Shown here in pieces: positions 34,524 through 56,128 of a DNA stretch of 64,000 bases; position 1 is the first letter of the stretch, and the number at the start of each line of letters is the position of its first letter. The notes under the pieces are model-generated. The model worked only from the letters and a program-made list of their open reading frames with translations. It ran no database searches and was not told where the DNA came from. The stretch lies in NCBI RefSeq assembly GCF_009914755.1, contig NC_060938.1. One strand, given 5' to 3'. This DNA is from the human T2T-CHM13v2.0 reference genome, Homo sapiens. The position numbers were made by a program, and so were the translations under genes.

Positions 34524-36561
34524 CCACTACCCCAAGACCACTGGGACACCCACCCCCCAGCTGAACACCTACTGGAGGTGCAGCAAGCCACATCCAAGGA
34601 ACCTGGCCACCATTGAGTTTAAGTCCACTCCCTGTCTTATGGCAAGTGGGTCTGGATCTCTGAGGGCAAGGGTCAGATGCTCACAGAACCCAGCTACTCT
34701 GTCATGGCTCAAACAGGAAGAGTTGGTACCCAGGTTTCAACCTTGCTTGTGCTGGCCACCAGAGCCCATTCACTGGCTCACCTCTGATTTTCCCACCAAA
34801 ACACTAAACAGAGGTTCCGAAGAACCTGGGGGTCTCTATATCCCATCATGAACTTATCCAATAAGGGACAAAGGTACTACATTTCGTCTGTGTTCGCTAG
34901 CCTCTGCCTTTGGTGTCATTGGAGGCAGGGATCTCTCTGTGGCTCCAAAGCCATAGAATCATCCTGGGCACTGGCGATGCCACAGCTTGGCCTCCTTCTG
35001 TTAGCAATGAGAAGCAGGAAAGGCTGACAAAGCCAGGGGAACATTGGGGGAAATAGGGAGGTGGAGGGAGATCAGGAGCTGCTTCCCAAGAAAGACCTGT
35101 GTAGTCTTCAGTTTGAGACCTGCAATGAAACAGCTCTTGTGGCCACAGCAGGTAGTGGAGGCAGGTGTCCCAGTCCCCAGAGGGTTTCAGAGGGCCACGT
35201 TCCCATGGGCCATTTGGCTTGGAGTGCTCTCTGTGATAGGTTGCATGTGCGCATCAAATCTCTGGAGATTTTTTCTGAGATGGTGAGATGAGACCAAGGA
35301 ACGCTTGTTGGCTTTCTTCTCTGCCCCATACCCACAGAACCCACTCCATCTCCCTGGAGGTGTAACCCCTGTTCGTTGGAGAAAACCTAAGTCCATTTCC
35401 TACTTCATTCTCTCTGATTAGGCCTCAGCACTTTTTCCTTTGGGGTGAGGGTAGAGTCCAACTGTGCCTCTAGTCCCAAAGCTCCAAACTGCTCAGACCC
35501 ACCAGGCAGTGGCCTAAGGCAGCGAATTCGTGTGCCTCTGTATAATGACAGCTGTCACTCAAGCTTTACTTCTGCTCCCTGCCATGGACCCAACAGCCTC
35601 TAACTCTCCAGGATCACTGAAGCTCTTTTCCAGCCTGCACTTTTGTACTCCCCTTCCATCTCCCTTACCCTCTCAAGTAGCAGGGCACTCAACACAGGTG
35701 TTTTTGCTGGCTTTGAACTGAATATTAGGTCCTTTCTTTTCTAGCAGGGGCCAAACTCCGCTGTAGCAGCATGAAAAGTTGTGAAGGCTCAGAAAAAGTG
35801 AGGCTTGAGGGATTTGGGAAAAGCTATGGGGATAGGGGATAGACTCACCTTGTCCTCAACCTAAAGGGCAACCTGACCTTGCTAATGGAAGTTCTTAGGA
35901 TTAGGAAATTCTCAGGGTGACAGCTGTCTCCCCAAAGTAGACACAGCAAAGTGGGAATGAACATTTTCTTTATGCCTGTATAGGTCTATACATTTCCAGC
36001 CAAGGAGAATGAGAGGGGCAGGCTGAGGGCTCAGGGAAGAGAGATAGGGAGGCAGAGACACAGAGACAAAGAGAAATATACAGAGACAGAGAAACGGTGA
36101 AAGAGAGAAAGAGAATGAGACAGAGACAAACATGAGACTGTCAGATCTCAATGCAGTGATAAAGAGCCTGAGATGGATGAGAGTGAGAGGGTGAGTTTTC
36201 ACGGAAGATACCACGGTTATCCCCACTTTACACCCTTGTCAAGTAAGCTTGACGTTCTCCAGGGAACTTGACCTTCCAGGCTTTGCCCACCTGGTCAGGA
36301 GAGCTCTGTCAAAGGTGAGCACAGCGGTTTTGTCACAGCCAGTGGAGATGCTCAAGCTCGAGAGCAGTCTGTGAAGAAAAGCGAAGGAGCACAGGGTGGG
36401 GAAGTAGTGGTCAGCATGAATAGAGGGATTAGTGGGGTCACAAAGTAGAAGCAAGGCGTGGGAAGCTAGGTGATCAGGAAAGACTTCGTGGGTGTTTTGC
36501 CCGGGAGAGTGTGGTTACTACTTGGAAGCTGCAGGGCTTTTAACCAAAAGCATCACGCACT

Positions 36562-36655
36562 TCCTTCGAGCTGGAATCGAACCAGCGACCTAAGGATGTC
36601 CGCAAATGTCTATACAATCTACAGTCCTCCGCTCTACCAGCTGAGCTATCGAAGG
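36562..36655 (-). tRNA. tRNA-Tyr(GTA), 21-nt intron (36598-36618)
   Basis: Intact; intron attgtatagacatttgcggac; T-stem variant CCAGC. Confidence 0.98.
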
Positions 36656-39055
36656 ATGCATGCTATCAAAGCTGGTTCATTGGACTTTCTGCAAACAGAG
36701 GGAGCCACATCCCTGGAATGCTTGAGGTCCAATACGCGTTGGGTTGGTTGGCACCCACCTTGGAAGAGAACCCTGCGCCGCTTGACACCACACCCCTTTC
36801 AGGGCGGAGCAAATCCTCTGGGCGAGGATGCCTGGTGTCTCTCGGGCTCTGATAGCCACCATCCACGAGGAGGAGCTCTCATCTGTGACAGCCTTCCTCT
36901 CCCTGAGCATCCACCTTTCTACAGGTGAGGATGACAGCCCCCAGTGGCCTGAGAGAAAATGAGAAGGTGAGTCAGCGAGGGCACAGGGATTGGCGAGGTG
37001 GTTGGGTGGGTCTAGTCGGGGAGAGAACGCTGGAGGAGGAAAAGAGGAGAACCCTAATGGGCGCTGGATAGGCAGCTGACAACTCCAACCCAACCTCAGA
37101 GTCTGGTGCAGGTCTCTAATGGGCGCTTCCATAATAGTCTGGCCTCTCTACTCCCTCCCCTACCACACACACAGGGCCCTCCTCCCCAGGTGCCCCGCCC
37201 TTCTCCTCATAGTAGTCTATGCTCACATTTTGGTGCATTGAGGTGCACTGGGAAGTGAGGTGAGGAAATCTCTCCCAGGCTTGCAGAGGCACATGTGAGA
37301 TACCCTCTTCTGCAAACAGGCTGAGAATTCCAATCAGAAGCTGCCGATTTCTGAAGTAGGGCAAAGTTCTGTGGGTTTCTTTGAAAAACAAGAAGCCAGG
37401 TAGAGGACAGAAGTGTGAGCTTTGGACTCCTTATCCTGAACCCACATCTTTGACAAAAGTTTCAGATCCCATCTGGTGTGTGCCCACCACTCCGAGACCA
37501 CTGAGGCACCCTCTCTGCAGCAGAACACCTAGAGGAGGACAGGAAGCCACACCCACGGGACCTAGCCTCCATTGAGTTTATGTCCACTTCCTGTCTTATG
37601 GCAAGTGGGTGTGGATCTCCGAGAGTGAGGATCAGATCCTCACAGACATCCTGCTACTCTCTGCCATGGCACAGCTGGGAAGAGTGGGCACCTGGGCTCA
37701 CCTTCACTTGTGCCAGCCACCAAACCCATTTGTTGGCTCACCTCTGGTTTTTCCCCAAAGCACTGAGCAAAGGTTCCAAGGGCTCTGGTGACTCCACGCC
37801 CCATCAGGAATATATCCAATGAAGGCCTGAGGTGCTACCTTTGGTCCCTCTTTGTTAGCTGGTCTTTGCCTTTGGTGTCATTGGAGCTGGGGTCTCTCTG
37901 TGCCTCCAGAGCCATAGAAGCATCCCAGAGCACTGGTGACACCAAAGAAGAAAGGTTGACACAGTCGGGGTGACGTGGGGGAGAATAGGCGGTGGCGGGA
38001 TACCAGGAGCTGCTTTCCATGTGAAAAAGATATGTGCAGTAATATGTGCAGTATCCAGTTTGAGAGGCACAATTAAACAGTTGATGTGGACCCAGCAGGT
38101 AGTAGATGGGGCAAGCCAGTCCTAAGCAGGCTTCAGAAGGCCATGCTTTCCTGGGCCATTCAGTTTGGAGTACTCTCTGATAGGTTGCATCTTTACATCA
38201 AACATCGGGAAGCTTTTTCCAAGATTATGTGATGAGACCAAAGGATGCTCATTGGCTTTCTTCTCTGCCACATATCCACCAAACCCACTCCAACTCCCCA
38301 GAGTTGAAGCTTCACTTGATTGATAAAGCCCAGTCCATTTCTGACTCCATTCTCTCTGACTGGGCCTCAGCACATTTTTCTTGGGAGTAGGAGAACCCAA
38401 CTGTGCCTCTAGGTCCCAGAGCAAACGCTCCGAACTGCTTAGACCCACGAGGCAGTGGCCTGTCTAAGGAGGCAAATCCACGTGCCTCTGTATAAAGGCA
38501 GCTGTCACTCAAGCTTTACGTCTGCTCCCTGCCGTGGACCCAATAGCCCCTAACTCTCCAGGATCACTGAAGCTGTTTTGAAGTCTGCACTTCTTTGGTA
38601 CTCGCTTTCCCTTTCCCTTACCCTCCCAAGTAGGCAGGGCACTTGGTGCAGGTGTTTTTGCAGACTTTGAACTGAGTATTAGATATCCTTACTTTTCCAG
38701 CAGTAGCCAAACTTGGCTGTAGCAACATAAAAACTTGTGAAAGCTCAGGAAAGATGAAGCTTGACGGGTCTGGGACAGGGGGATGGGTGGGCAGTTTGTA
38801 AATACAAGTGGAAAGGCGTAGGATGGTGGGGGCACGAATTGGGGTCTGGCTGGGTCACAAGGCAAGGGGCACTGTTTTGCGCTGAAGACTATGAGGATTC
38901 GGGAAGAATGAATAGGCTCCCAGGCCTGTGATCAGGAAAGGCAGGATTTTGCTGGGTTTTCCTGGGGAAAGTGTAGTTATGACTGGAAGGCTGCAAGGTC
39001 TTTGACGAGGAACAGGTGCAGCCAGGCAGCATTGTGCGCAAAAGAGTCAGGCGCT

Positions 39056-39149
39056 TCCTTCGAGCCGGAATCGAACCAGCGACCTAAGGATGTCCACAAA
39101 CGTTTCCGCAGTCTACAGTCCTCCGCTCTACCAGCTGAGCTATCGAAGG
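39056..39149 (-). tRNA. tRNA-Tyr(GTA), 21-nt intron (39092-39112)
   Basis: Intact; intron actgcggaaacgtttgtggac. Confidence 0.98.
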
Positions 39150-39766
39150 ATGCACACTGTTAAGGCTGGGTCACTGGACTTTCTGCAAATGGAGGAAGCC
39201 AAGTCCCTGGACCACCGGAGATCCAATACTCGTTGAGTTAATTGGAACCCGACTTGGAAGAGAACTCTGCGCCGTTCTCCACTGCGCCCCTTTCCGGACA
39301 GAGCAAATCCTCTGGGCCCGGGGGGGTGCCTGGCGTCTCTGGGGCGCCGATAGCCACGATCCACGAGGAGGAGCTCTCACCTGTGGCCTTCCTCTCCCTC
39401 TGCATCGCTCTTTCTGCTTGTGAAGATGACAGCCCTTAGTGGCCAGAGGGAAAATGAGGTAAGACGGCGAGGGCAGAGGGCTTGGTGAGACTGATGGGTG
39501 GGTCCAGTGGAGGAGAGGACACTGGAGGAGGAAAAGAGGAGAACCAGCATGGGCGTGGTGTAAGCAGCTTCCAACCCCAGCCTAGCGTCAGGGTCTGATG
39601 GAAGACCATAAGGGGGCACTGCCCTAACAGCCTGTCCTCTACTTCCCACCACCTCAAACACACTCCTCTCGATGTGCGCGGCCCTTCTACCCAGTGTCCT
39701 ATGCTCACTTTTTGGAGTATTGAGGCATAATGGGAAGAGAGGGAGGAAATGCAGGAGGATAGGTGG

Positions 39767-40062
39767 AGGCCAGGTATGGTGGCTCGCACCGCAATTCCAA
39801 CAATTTAGCGGGCCGAGGCGAAAGGGGCGCTTGAGCGCAGGAGTTCGAGATCAGCCTGGGCAACATAGGGAGAAGCCATCTCTACAGAAAAACTTCTAAA
39901 AAGTATCCGGGTGTGGTGGCCTGCACCTGTGGTCCTGGCCACTCAGCAGGCTGAGGTGGGAGGATCATCTGAGCCCGGGTGTTCGAGGCTACAGTAAGCT
40001 GTGATCTTGCCACTGCACTCCAGCCTGGGCGACAGAGACAATTTAAAAAAAAAAAAAAAAAA
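39767..40062 (+). mobile_element. AluJ-like element
   Basis: Diverged full Alu with ttcgaggctacagtaagctgtgatc. Confidence 0.9.
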
Positions 40063-42292
40063 GATATGTGGGGAGAGAGTAGGGCCAGGGGCTCGCAGAT
40101 CACCATGTGATACCCATTACCCCTAACCCCAAAGGCCAGCATAAAAGCTTCGATCCAGTCCTCTGCTACTGACCAAGAATCCTTTCCCAGAGGCTGCTGC
40201 TTTCTAAAGTAGGGGCCCCTGGAAAGAAAAGGGGGCTGATAGAGGAAACCAGGTGAGCTTTGGACCCCTTACCTAGGCCACAAATTGTTACAAAGGGTTC
40301 ATATCCCATATGGTGTGTGTCCACTATCCCAAGACCACTCATCACCCACACAAACAGTGAGACAGTTACTGGTGGCACAGCAAGCTGAACCCAAAAGACC
40401 CACCCTTTATTGAGTTTATAGGGGAAAAGTCATGGTCAGGGATCACCCACACTTTTGCTGATGACCAAACACCACTCAATGGCCCACCTCTGTTTTTTCC
40501 CTCAAAGCACCAAGCCTAGGTTCCAAAAAAACCTGGTACCGCCACATCTTATCAAGGACATATCCAGTATAGACCAAAGGTTCTACTTTGGTTTCTGTTT
40601 GCTGATCTCTGCAGCAATGTCATTCGAGGCTGGGATCTCTCTGGGGCTGCAGAGCTACAGAATGTTGCTGGGGCACTGGTGAGTCCACAGCTCTGCCCCT
40701 TTCCATCAGCAGTGGGAAGCAGGAAAGGCTGATACAACAGAGAAGAGGTAGGGAATAGGCCGTAGGGGGAGAACAGGATCTGCTTTCTAGGAGGGGAAGA
40801 CATGTGTACTCTCTAGTTTGAGACGCAGAGTGAAAAAGCAGTTATGCCCATCGGGTAGGGGAGAGTGGTCACCGGGTTCCCAGAAGGCCTCTGAGAACCA
40901 AATTTCCATCACTGTTTTGCTTGCAGTGCTCTCTGTGATAATTTTCATCTGTATATCAAGCGTCTGAAGATTTTTTTTTTTTTTCCCCAGAGCATAGGAT
41001 GGGACCAGGGGACACTCATTGTGGTTCCTCTCTGGCTCATACTTTGATGAACCCACTTCATCTTCCCAGAGGTGAAGCCCAGTTGGTGAAAGCCAAGCCC
41101 ATTTCCTGCTTCATGCTCTCAGATTGTGCCAGCCATCTTCCTCTTGTAGAAGGCGCAACCTTCCAGCTGTGCCTGCAGAGCCCCCACATAAAAGTGAGCA
41201 TGCTGCTCAGATGCAACAAGCCAGTGGCCTAAGGAGGTGAACTTGTGTACCTCTGCAAGGTGGCAGCTGCCACCCAAGCTTCAATTCTGCTCCCTGCCAG
41301 GGACCCAACAGCCCCCAACCCTCCCGGGTCACTGAAGTTCTTTCCAAGTCTGCCCTTTTATACTCTCTTTCCCTCTCTCACACCTTCACAACCAGTAAGA
41401 CACTTGGTATAGGTGTTTTTGCAGACTTTGAACTGAGTGGAAGGTATCTTTCTTCTTCCAGCAGGAGCCCAAAGTTTACTGTAGCAACATTAAAAGGTGC
41501 GAAGGCTCGGGAAATGTGAGGCTTGGTGTATGTGGGAAGGGGGCACATTTTTGTTCTCAACCTGAAGGAAAATGTTATGGAGCCAGTGGAAGCCCTATTT
41601 ATTAAGAAAATCTCAGGGCGGCAACTCTCTCCCACAAATAGACAAAACAAAACAGAAATGAACATTTTCTGTCTGTATACATCTATACATTACAAGCAAA
41701 AGATAATGAGAGAACTAGAGTCAGAGAAAAACAGAGAGAGAGAGAGAGAATGCTCAGATAGAAAAGCATTTGCTAGAGACCTGGAGAAGGAGATGAGAGA
41801 GAGACAGCATAGAGAGCATTTTTTTTTTTTCCTGAGGATGTCACAGTTGTCTCTGACCCTTTTCTCTTCCAGCAGGCTTGATCTTCTAGGAGTTGATGGT
41901 GGGCCCACTGGTTTAATAGATCGAGAGATCTATCAATGGTGAGCACACAATGTTGCTAGAGTCCATGGCCCTCAGCACCCAGAGCAGTCTGTGGATAAAA
42001 GTGAAAGAGCTCTGGATGGTGGGGGTGCGAAGGGGGTTGGGGAGAGGGGCTGACTGGGTCACAAAGCAGAAGCAAGGGGCCCTTTGCGTTGAAGAGTACC
42101 TGTCCCTGGACTGTGGGAAGAATGAGTGGGCTTACGGGCGTGTTTCCTGGCCACAGCACAGGTGTGGAAACCAGGTGATCAGGAAAGGTTTCTCTGGGTT
42201 TTGACTGGGAGGGTGTGGGTGGATACTAGTTGGAGGCTGCAGGGCGTTTGACCAGGCACCAGGTGGCATTGCATGCAAAAGCATCGGGCACT

Positions 42293-42386
42293 TCCTTCGA
42301 GCCGGAATCGAACCAGCGACCTAAGGATGTCCGCAAATGTCTGTACAATCTACAGTCCTCCGCTCTACCAGCTGAGCTATCGAAGG
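42293..42386 (-). tRNA. tRNA-Tyr(GTA), 21-nt intron (42329-42349)
   Basis: Intact; intron attgtacagacatttgcggac. Confidence 0.98.
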
Positions 42387-43152
42387 GTGCACACTGCAAG
42401 AGCTGGATCACTGGACTTTCCGCAAATGGAGGAAGCCAAGTCCTTGGAACGCTGGAGTCAACACACTTAGAGTTGATTGGAACCCGCCTTAGAAGAGAAC
42501 CTTGCGCTGGTTGCCACCGCGCACCTCTCAGGGTGGAGCAAATCCTCCGAGTGTGGTTTCCTCGCGTCCCAGAGCGCTGATAGCCACAATCCAGGACGGG
42601 AGGCTCTCGCCTGTGGCCTTCCTCCACCTGTGCATCTCTGTTTTTACAAGTGAGGATGACAGCCCTCAGCGAAAGAAAACAAGAGGGTGAGAGGGCTCGG
42701 TCAGAGGGATGGGCTAGGTGGATGGGTGGATCCTGTGGGACAGGGGTTGCAGGAGGAGGAAAGAAGAACTCGGAAAGCTTCTGGGTGGGCGGCCGCTATC
42801 CGCAGACCAGCTGCAGGGTCTGCTGAAAGTCCTTAAGCAGCCCTTTCCTAAAACTCTGGCCTTCCTACTCCCTTCCCGGCCAACACACACATGCCCCTTC
42901 TCCCGATGTGCCTCCGCCCTTTTCCCTACAGTGTCCTATGCTTGCTTTTTGGCGCATTCAAGTGTGCTAGAAGTGAGAGAGAGAACAAATGGGACTAGGT
43001 GAGAAGAACTCGCCCAGGGCTTGCAGATGCACTGTGATACCCTCCTTCCTCCCCAGCGCCCAACTGGGGCTTGGCTTCCCTCCTCTGCAAACTGACCAAG
43101 AACTCTTTTTTTTTTCTCCCCCAGAGGCTTCCTCTTTCTGAAGTAGGGCAAG

Positions 43153-46080
<2,928 letters not shown>

Positions 46081-48282
46081 GCAAGGTTCTGTGGGTTTCT
46101 TGGAAAAAAACAAAAAAAACAAAAAAACAAAATAAACAAACAAAAAAATGGTGGCAGAGTACAGAGGTGTGAGTTTCTCCTGACACCACATCTTTGGCAA
46201 AGGTTTCAGATCCCATCTGCTGTATGCCCACCACCCCAAGACCACGGAGACACCCACCCCCCTGCTGAACACCTAGTGGGGGTACAGCAAGCCACCCCAA
46301 GGGACCTAGCATCCATTGAGTTTAAGTCCACTCCCTGTCTTATGCTAAGTGGGTCTGAATGGCCAAAGGTGAGAGTCAGATGCATGAACACCCCTTGTTA
46401 CTCTGTCATGTCCCAGACTGGAAAAGTGGGCATCTGGGGTTCACCCTCGCTTGTGCTGGTCACCAAAGCCCACTACCTGGCCCCCTTCTGCTTTTGCCCT
46501 CAAAACACCAAACTGAGGTTTCAGAGGACCTGTACCTCCATGTCCCATCAGGAACATATCTAATGAAGACCTAAGGTGCTACCTTTGGTCCCTGTTCACT
46601 GGTCTCTGTTTTTGGTGTCACTGGAGACTGGGGTCTCTCTGCAGCTCCACAGCCATACAATCGTCTCAGAGCACTGGTGAATCCACAGCTTGGCTCCTTT
46701 CCACTAGCAGTGAGAAGTGGGAAAGATTGACACAGCCGGGGGAACGTGAGGGGAATAGGCAGTGTTGGGGGAGACCGTCTGCTGCTTTCCAGGAGAAGAA
46801 GACACATACAGTCTCCAGATTGAGACCCACAATGAAGCAGTTCTTGTGGCCACAGAGGGTAGGGGAGGGCAGGGACCCAGTCCTCAAAGGGCTTCAGAGG
46901 GCCATGCTCCCATGGACCACTGGGCTTAGAGTGCTCTCTGTGATAGGTTGCATCTGTACACCAAGTGTCTGATGCACATTTTTCTGAGATCTTGGGATGA
47001 GACCAAGGGACACTCATTGGCTTTCTTCTCTGCCCCATACCCACAAAACCCACTGCATCTCCACAGATATGAAGCTCCACTGGTTGGTGAAAGCCCAGTC
47101 CATTTTCTGCTCCATCCTCTCTGACTGGGCTTCAACATATTTTTCTCAGAGGTAGGAGAGCCCAACTGTGCTGCTAGATCCTAGTGCAAAAGGTCCAAAC
47201 TGCTCAGACCCACCAGGCAGTGGCCTTTCTAAGGAGGTGAATTTGTGTGCCGCTGTATGATGACAGATGTCACTCAAGTTTCACTTCTGTTTCCTGTCAT
47301 AGACCAACAATCCCCAACTCTCCCAAGTCACTGAAGCTCTTTTCAGGCCTGCCATTTTGTACTTCCTTCCTGCTCTCACAGCCTCCTAAGTGGCAGGTGT
47401 TTTTGACATCTTTGAACTAAGCGGTGAGTGTTAGGTATTCTTACTCTTCCAGCAGGAGCCAAGCCCAGCTGTAGCAAAATAAAAAGATGTGAAGACTCAG
47501 GAAAGGTGAGGCTTGAGGGATTTAGGACAGGGGTGAGTGGGTAGACACACCATGTCCTCATCCCATGGGGCAACCTGACCTTGCCAATGGAGGTTCTTTG
47601 CCTTAGAAAATTCTCAGGGTGGCTGCTGTCTCCCCAAGTAGACACAACATAGCAAGGATGAGCATTTTCTGTCTGTATGAGTCTATACATTTCCGGCAAA
47701 GGAGAATGAGAGAGACACAGAGTGCTAGGGAGAAGGGGCAGAGACAGACAGAGAGAAATATACACAGACAGAGAGAGAAATTGTGAAAGAGAGAGAGAGA
47801 ATGAGATACAGACAGAGGTGAGGTAGTAATAGCTCAGGAAGGAAATGAGGGGGAGAGGGTGAGTTCACGGATGGTATCATGGTTGTCCTCGACCCTACAC
47901 TGTTGTCCTGAATGCTTGATGGTCTCCTGGGAGCTTGGCCTTCCAGGGTTTGCCAACCTGGTCAGGAGAGCTTGGTCACAGATGAATCCAGCTGTGTTGC
48001 CAGATTCCCCAGCAGTGCTTAGGTCCAAAAGCACCCTGTGAATAAAAATGAAGCAGCCCTGAGATGGTAAGGGTTCGGATGGGGGATTGGCTGGGTCACA
48101 AAGCAGAAGTAAGGGGCACTTTGCACTGAAGTGTACTGGCAACAGCACAGGCATGGCAAGCTAGGTAATCTGGATAAGGCTTTGCTGGGTTTTGCCTGGG
48201 AGAGTGTGGCGACAGCAGGGCGTTTGACCAGGCAGAGGTGCAGCGAGGGAGCACTGGTGTGTGTACAAAAGACTCAGACACT

Positions 48283-50075
<1,793 letters not shown>

Positions 50076-50119
50076 GAGCTTGGTAAATACATCCCAGAGC
50101 ATAAAAACTGAAGCAACTG

Positions 50120-50187
50120 GAGCCCCAGTGAGGCTAGAACTCACACCTTTGTTACAGCCTGGCGCATTAACCCTTGACTTGCTGACC
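50120..50187 (-). pseudogene. Decayed tRNA relic, most similar to tRNA-Thr(TGT)
   Basis: Minus strand ...gtcaagggttaatgcgccaggctgtaacaaaggtgtgagttctagcctcactggggctc versus Thr CTCAGGGGTTAGAGCACTGGTCTTGTAAACCAGGGGTCGCGAGTTCAAATCTCGCTGGGGCCT; T5 run 13 nt downstream. Confidence 0.62.
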
Positions 50188-50554
50188 TTACTATTTTACT
50201 CTTCTAGGAGACATCTTCATTTTGTTGATCCACAACCAAGAAAACTAACAGAAGGAAAAAGGAATAGATATTTGTCTCTAGGCTCAAGCAATTGCAACCC
50301 TCCTCCCAAAGTCATCATACAAGAAGACAAGGCCCCAGGCCAGACCAGGAATACAATCTGCATAAATGTTGTCTGGACAAAGCCCTTGCCCCCATCCCCC
50401 TCCTGATTTTTCCTGCATGGCACTTGTCAGAAAAAGGAAAATCTGAAAGAACAATGTTTAAAAGTGGCCCAAGATGGCTGCAGGTTGAGCATATAGGTAA
50501 TAGAAACTAGACCTATGAACTAAAGCTGAACTCTAGCCTGAAAGGCTAAAGTTT

Positions 50555-50878
50555 GTCTTTTTTTGTCTTTTTTTTTTTTTTTGAGACAGAGTCTTGCTCT
50601 GTTGCCCAGGCTGGAGTGCAGTGGCATGATTTCGGCTCACTGCAACCTGCTGCCTCCTAGGTTCAAGTGATCCTCCTGCCTCAGCCTCCCAAGTAGCTGG
50701 GACTATAGGCACACACCACCATGTCTGGCTACTTTTTGTATTTTTTTTTTTTTTTTTTTAGCAGAGTCAGGGTTTTGCCATGTTGGGCAAGCTGGTCTCA
50801 AACTCCTGACCTCAGGTAACCACCTACGTCTGCTTCCCAAAGTTCTGGGATTACAGCCGCGAGCCACCACACCCAGCC
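50555..50878 (-). mobile_element. Alu
   Basis: Reverse Alu body. Confidence 0.95.
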
Positions 50879-50944
50879 ATGTCAAATGTTTTCACTGATG
50901 TCTACTGATTGTAACCTTGCCTAGCAGATGAAGCACAAAGGCAG

Positions 50945-51808
50945 TGTCAACTGAAAAGTGACATAACAGGCACTTGAACTTAAAGAAGTCATGGTTAGAT
51001 TTATTCTCAGCCAAGTTTGAGGAGTTATGCCTGAGAACACAGACTTAGAATAGACCTACAATAGGTCCCAAAGTAGTTTACATGAGGCACAGTATACTTA
51101 AATTTTCTAACGGGGATGTGTGTGGCACAGGAGGGAGAAGTGGTTAATGAAACAGTGGTTACATTGTTGTGATTCTGATGAGTGCTCAGTGATGCCATAC
51201 ATAAGGTAAATATACAGTTGAGTGAGTAGGGAGAAAGGCTAAGCATCTTAGAGTCTGGTGGAGGAAGGGTGACTAATTCCATTCTGTCTTTGTTCTACAT
51301 CTGATAAACAGGTTCATGGCCAGCCCCTGTCAACAAACTCCAGTTACACAGGCAAGAGATCAGCTTTAGTTTATAGGCCTGGGTTTTATTACCCATATGC
51401 CCAACTGCAGCCATTGTGGGCCCATATTAACATTTTATTTGAATTTTCCTTTTTCTAACAGCAAGATAACATCAGTCATTCCCCTCCAAACCCTAAGATG
51501 CGTACATACTCCTTTACTTGTTACCCTATCCCTATATATGTTAACCACACTTTTGGTTTGTCTGTGAATACCATCACTAAACATCAGTCAAAATTGTAAA
51601 AATGTCACCTTTGCTTCACTGCCCCCTTCTTTGATTTTTTATTTAGAAAAAACATGTAAATACCGTGCCTCATGTAACCCACTCTGGGACACATTCTCAG
51701 TTTGCACTGTTTGTGTTCCAGGCTACGGTTCTCAACTTGGTTTGGGACAAAATTAATTTTGATTTCTTTAAGTCCATAGTGCCTATTATTTTAACCTTTT
51801 GGCTTGAC
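50945..51808. mobile_element. ERV1/MER4-class LTR fragments
   Basis: TG/CA-bounded segments with LTR-like U3/R motifs; family not determined. Confidence 0.5.
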
Positions 51809-51967
51809 ACACTGGGGAAACATGGGCCCACTATGACTACTTTGTCTCTCCTGACCTGGAAAATTAGTATCAGTGCAGACTGCCTGAGACCTTCGCTAGA
51901 CCCAGATTCCCCACCGCCAGCAATCTCCCCAGTTTCTCAGTAGAAGCTATGGGAAGAGTGCAGCTGG

Positions 51968-53616
<1,649 letters not shown>

Positions 53617-53929
53617 TGCTGGTGCTGGGAGCAGCATCTCTGTCCCATCTTTTCTATAAGCTCTGTCACAAAGAAGCTAATACTTTTAGAATATGTACCT
53701 CAAGTTAGCCTCTGAGGGTTGAAAATGAATGATTTTTAAGCCAAACTAATTTTAAGCACCCACAACCGACTGAATGGACTCCTGGGATTAAAGGTGTGAG
53801 CCACCACGCCCAGCCTCACCTGGATAATTTTTTTAAAAACATTTTTTGTAGAAATGGAGCTTTGCTATGTTGGCCAGGCTTGGCATAATTATTTTATAAA
53901 TTGTATATACATATGTATAATTGTGTGTA

Positions 53930-54935
<1,006 letters not shown>

Positions 54936-54939
54936 AGTC

Positions 54940-55125
54940 ATCTCCAGAGATGGCTTGGCCTCCTAGGGGACTTTTGGCAGTGGCTAGAGACATTTTTGAT
55001 GTCACAGCTGGGTAGGGAGGGCATATTACTACTGACATGTAGTGAGGAAAGGCCAGGGGTTCCGCTAAGCATCCTGCAATACGCAGGACAGCCCTCTACA
55101 GCAGGGATGACTACAGTAAAGAGCC
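54940..55125 (+). mobile_element. MER20-like hAT DNA transposon
   Basis: ggggacttttggcagtggctagagacattttt...ggccaggg...taagcatcctgcaat. Confidence 0.7.
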
Positions 55126-56128
55126 ACATGGATAAACTTATCACTTGCCTACTTAAGGCACCGGCCAGTCAGATTCCATCACCACCTGCTAACATGAGCT
55201 GTCGCCTCCTTCCCAAAGCCTTGAGGTAGGGACAATGCCTGGATTCAAACTTGGATGTGATAGACCCCAAATCCTGCCCAGTGCTCCTCCTGGGTACCAA
55301 AGGTATCACATGGGGCAGGAAGGGCACTGCACTCAAAGGCTAGAAAGTAAGGTTGCTCCTTAAAGAGCTCAAATTCTGACTTCAAACTCATATTTGGACT
55401 TTTTGTGGTCTAGGTGGCAGCGAGGGTGGTCTTCTGTGGTTGGCTCAAGCCTGAGCATTGAATCTTCTGAAATATCACCTCCCTGAGCTGGTGACTAGTT
55501 GCCTCCCTTGGTGATTTGTGTCCTGCTTAACCCATCTTTTTTACTGTCCTAGTGACAGACCTAGAGGGACAGACACTGAAGGAAAAATGGTGGGTGAGGG
55601 AAGGGGTTGTAGCAGGAGATCACCAGTAGGTAAAGAAACCAGAGACAACATCCTGTAGGAAACGCAGGGTGTTCCCAGAGGCAGTCAGCAGCAGGGACGT
55701 AGGGATATTTTACATTCTGTGTGCAACTGCTCAGATTTCTTCTGGTTAACACTTAGGAGCAAATGAAACAAAGGCTCACCTCACTCCCTGCTCCCCTCTA
55801 TTCTCTACCCTACCTTATCCTTCCCTTTCACAGAACACATACTGCACCTTCAAAATTATTTCAAGATTCCAGCTCAAATGTCATTTATTTGGCAAGGTCT
55901 TACCAGCTCCCTTTCAAACAGAAGCTGGGAGTACATCTCTTAGTGGTCTGGGTGTTCAATTGAATTAAGAGCTCCCTGCAGGTAGGCTGTGAGTCATTCA
56001 TTCAGTGCCTCCATTCCCCCAGCCCAGTGCTAGGCAGTGAGAAAAATCACATGTTGGGTTTGACATTAGGTCAATCCCCTAGTGAAGACACACTGAATAA
56101 TTATTACTGATGTAGGAACAAAAGACCC

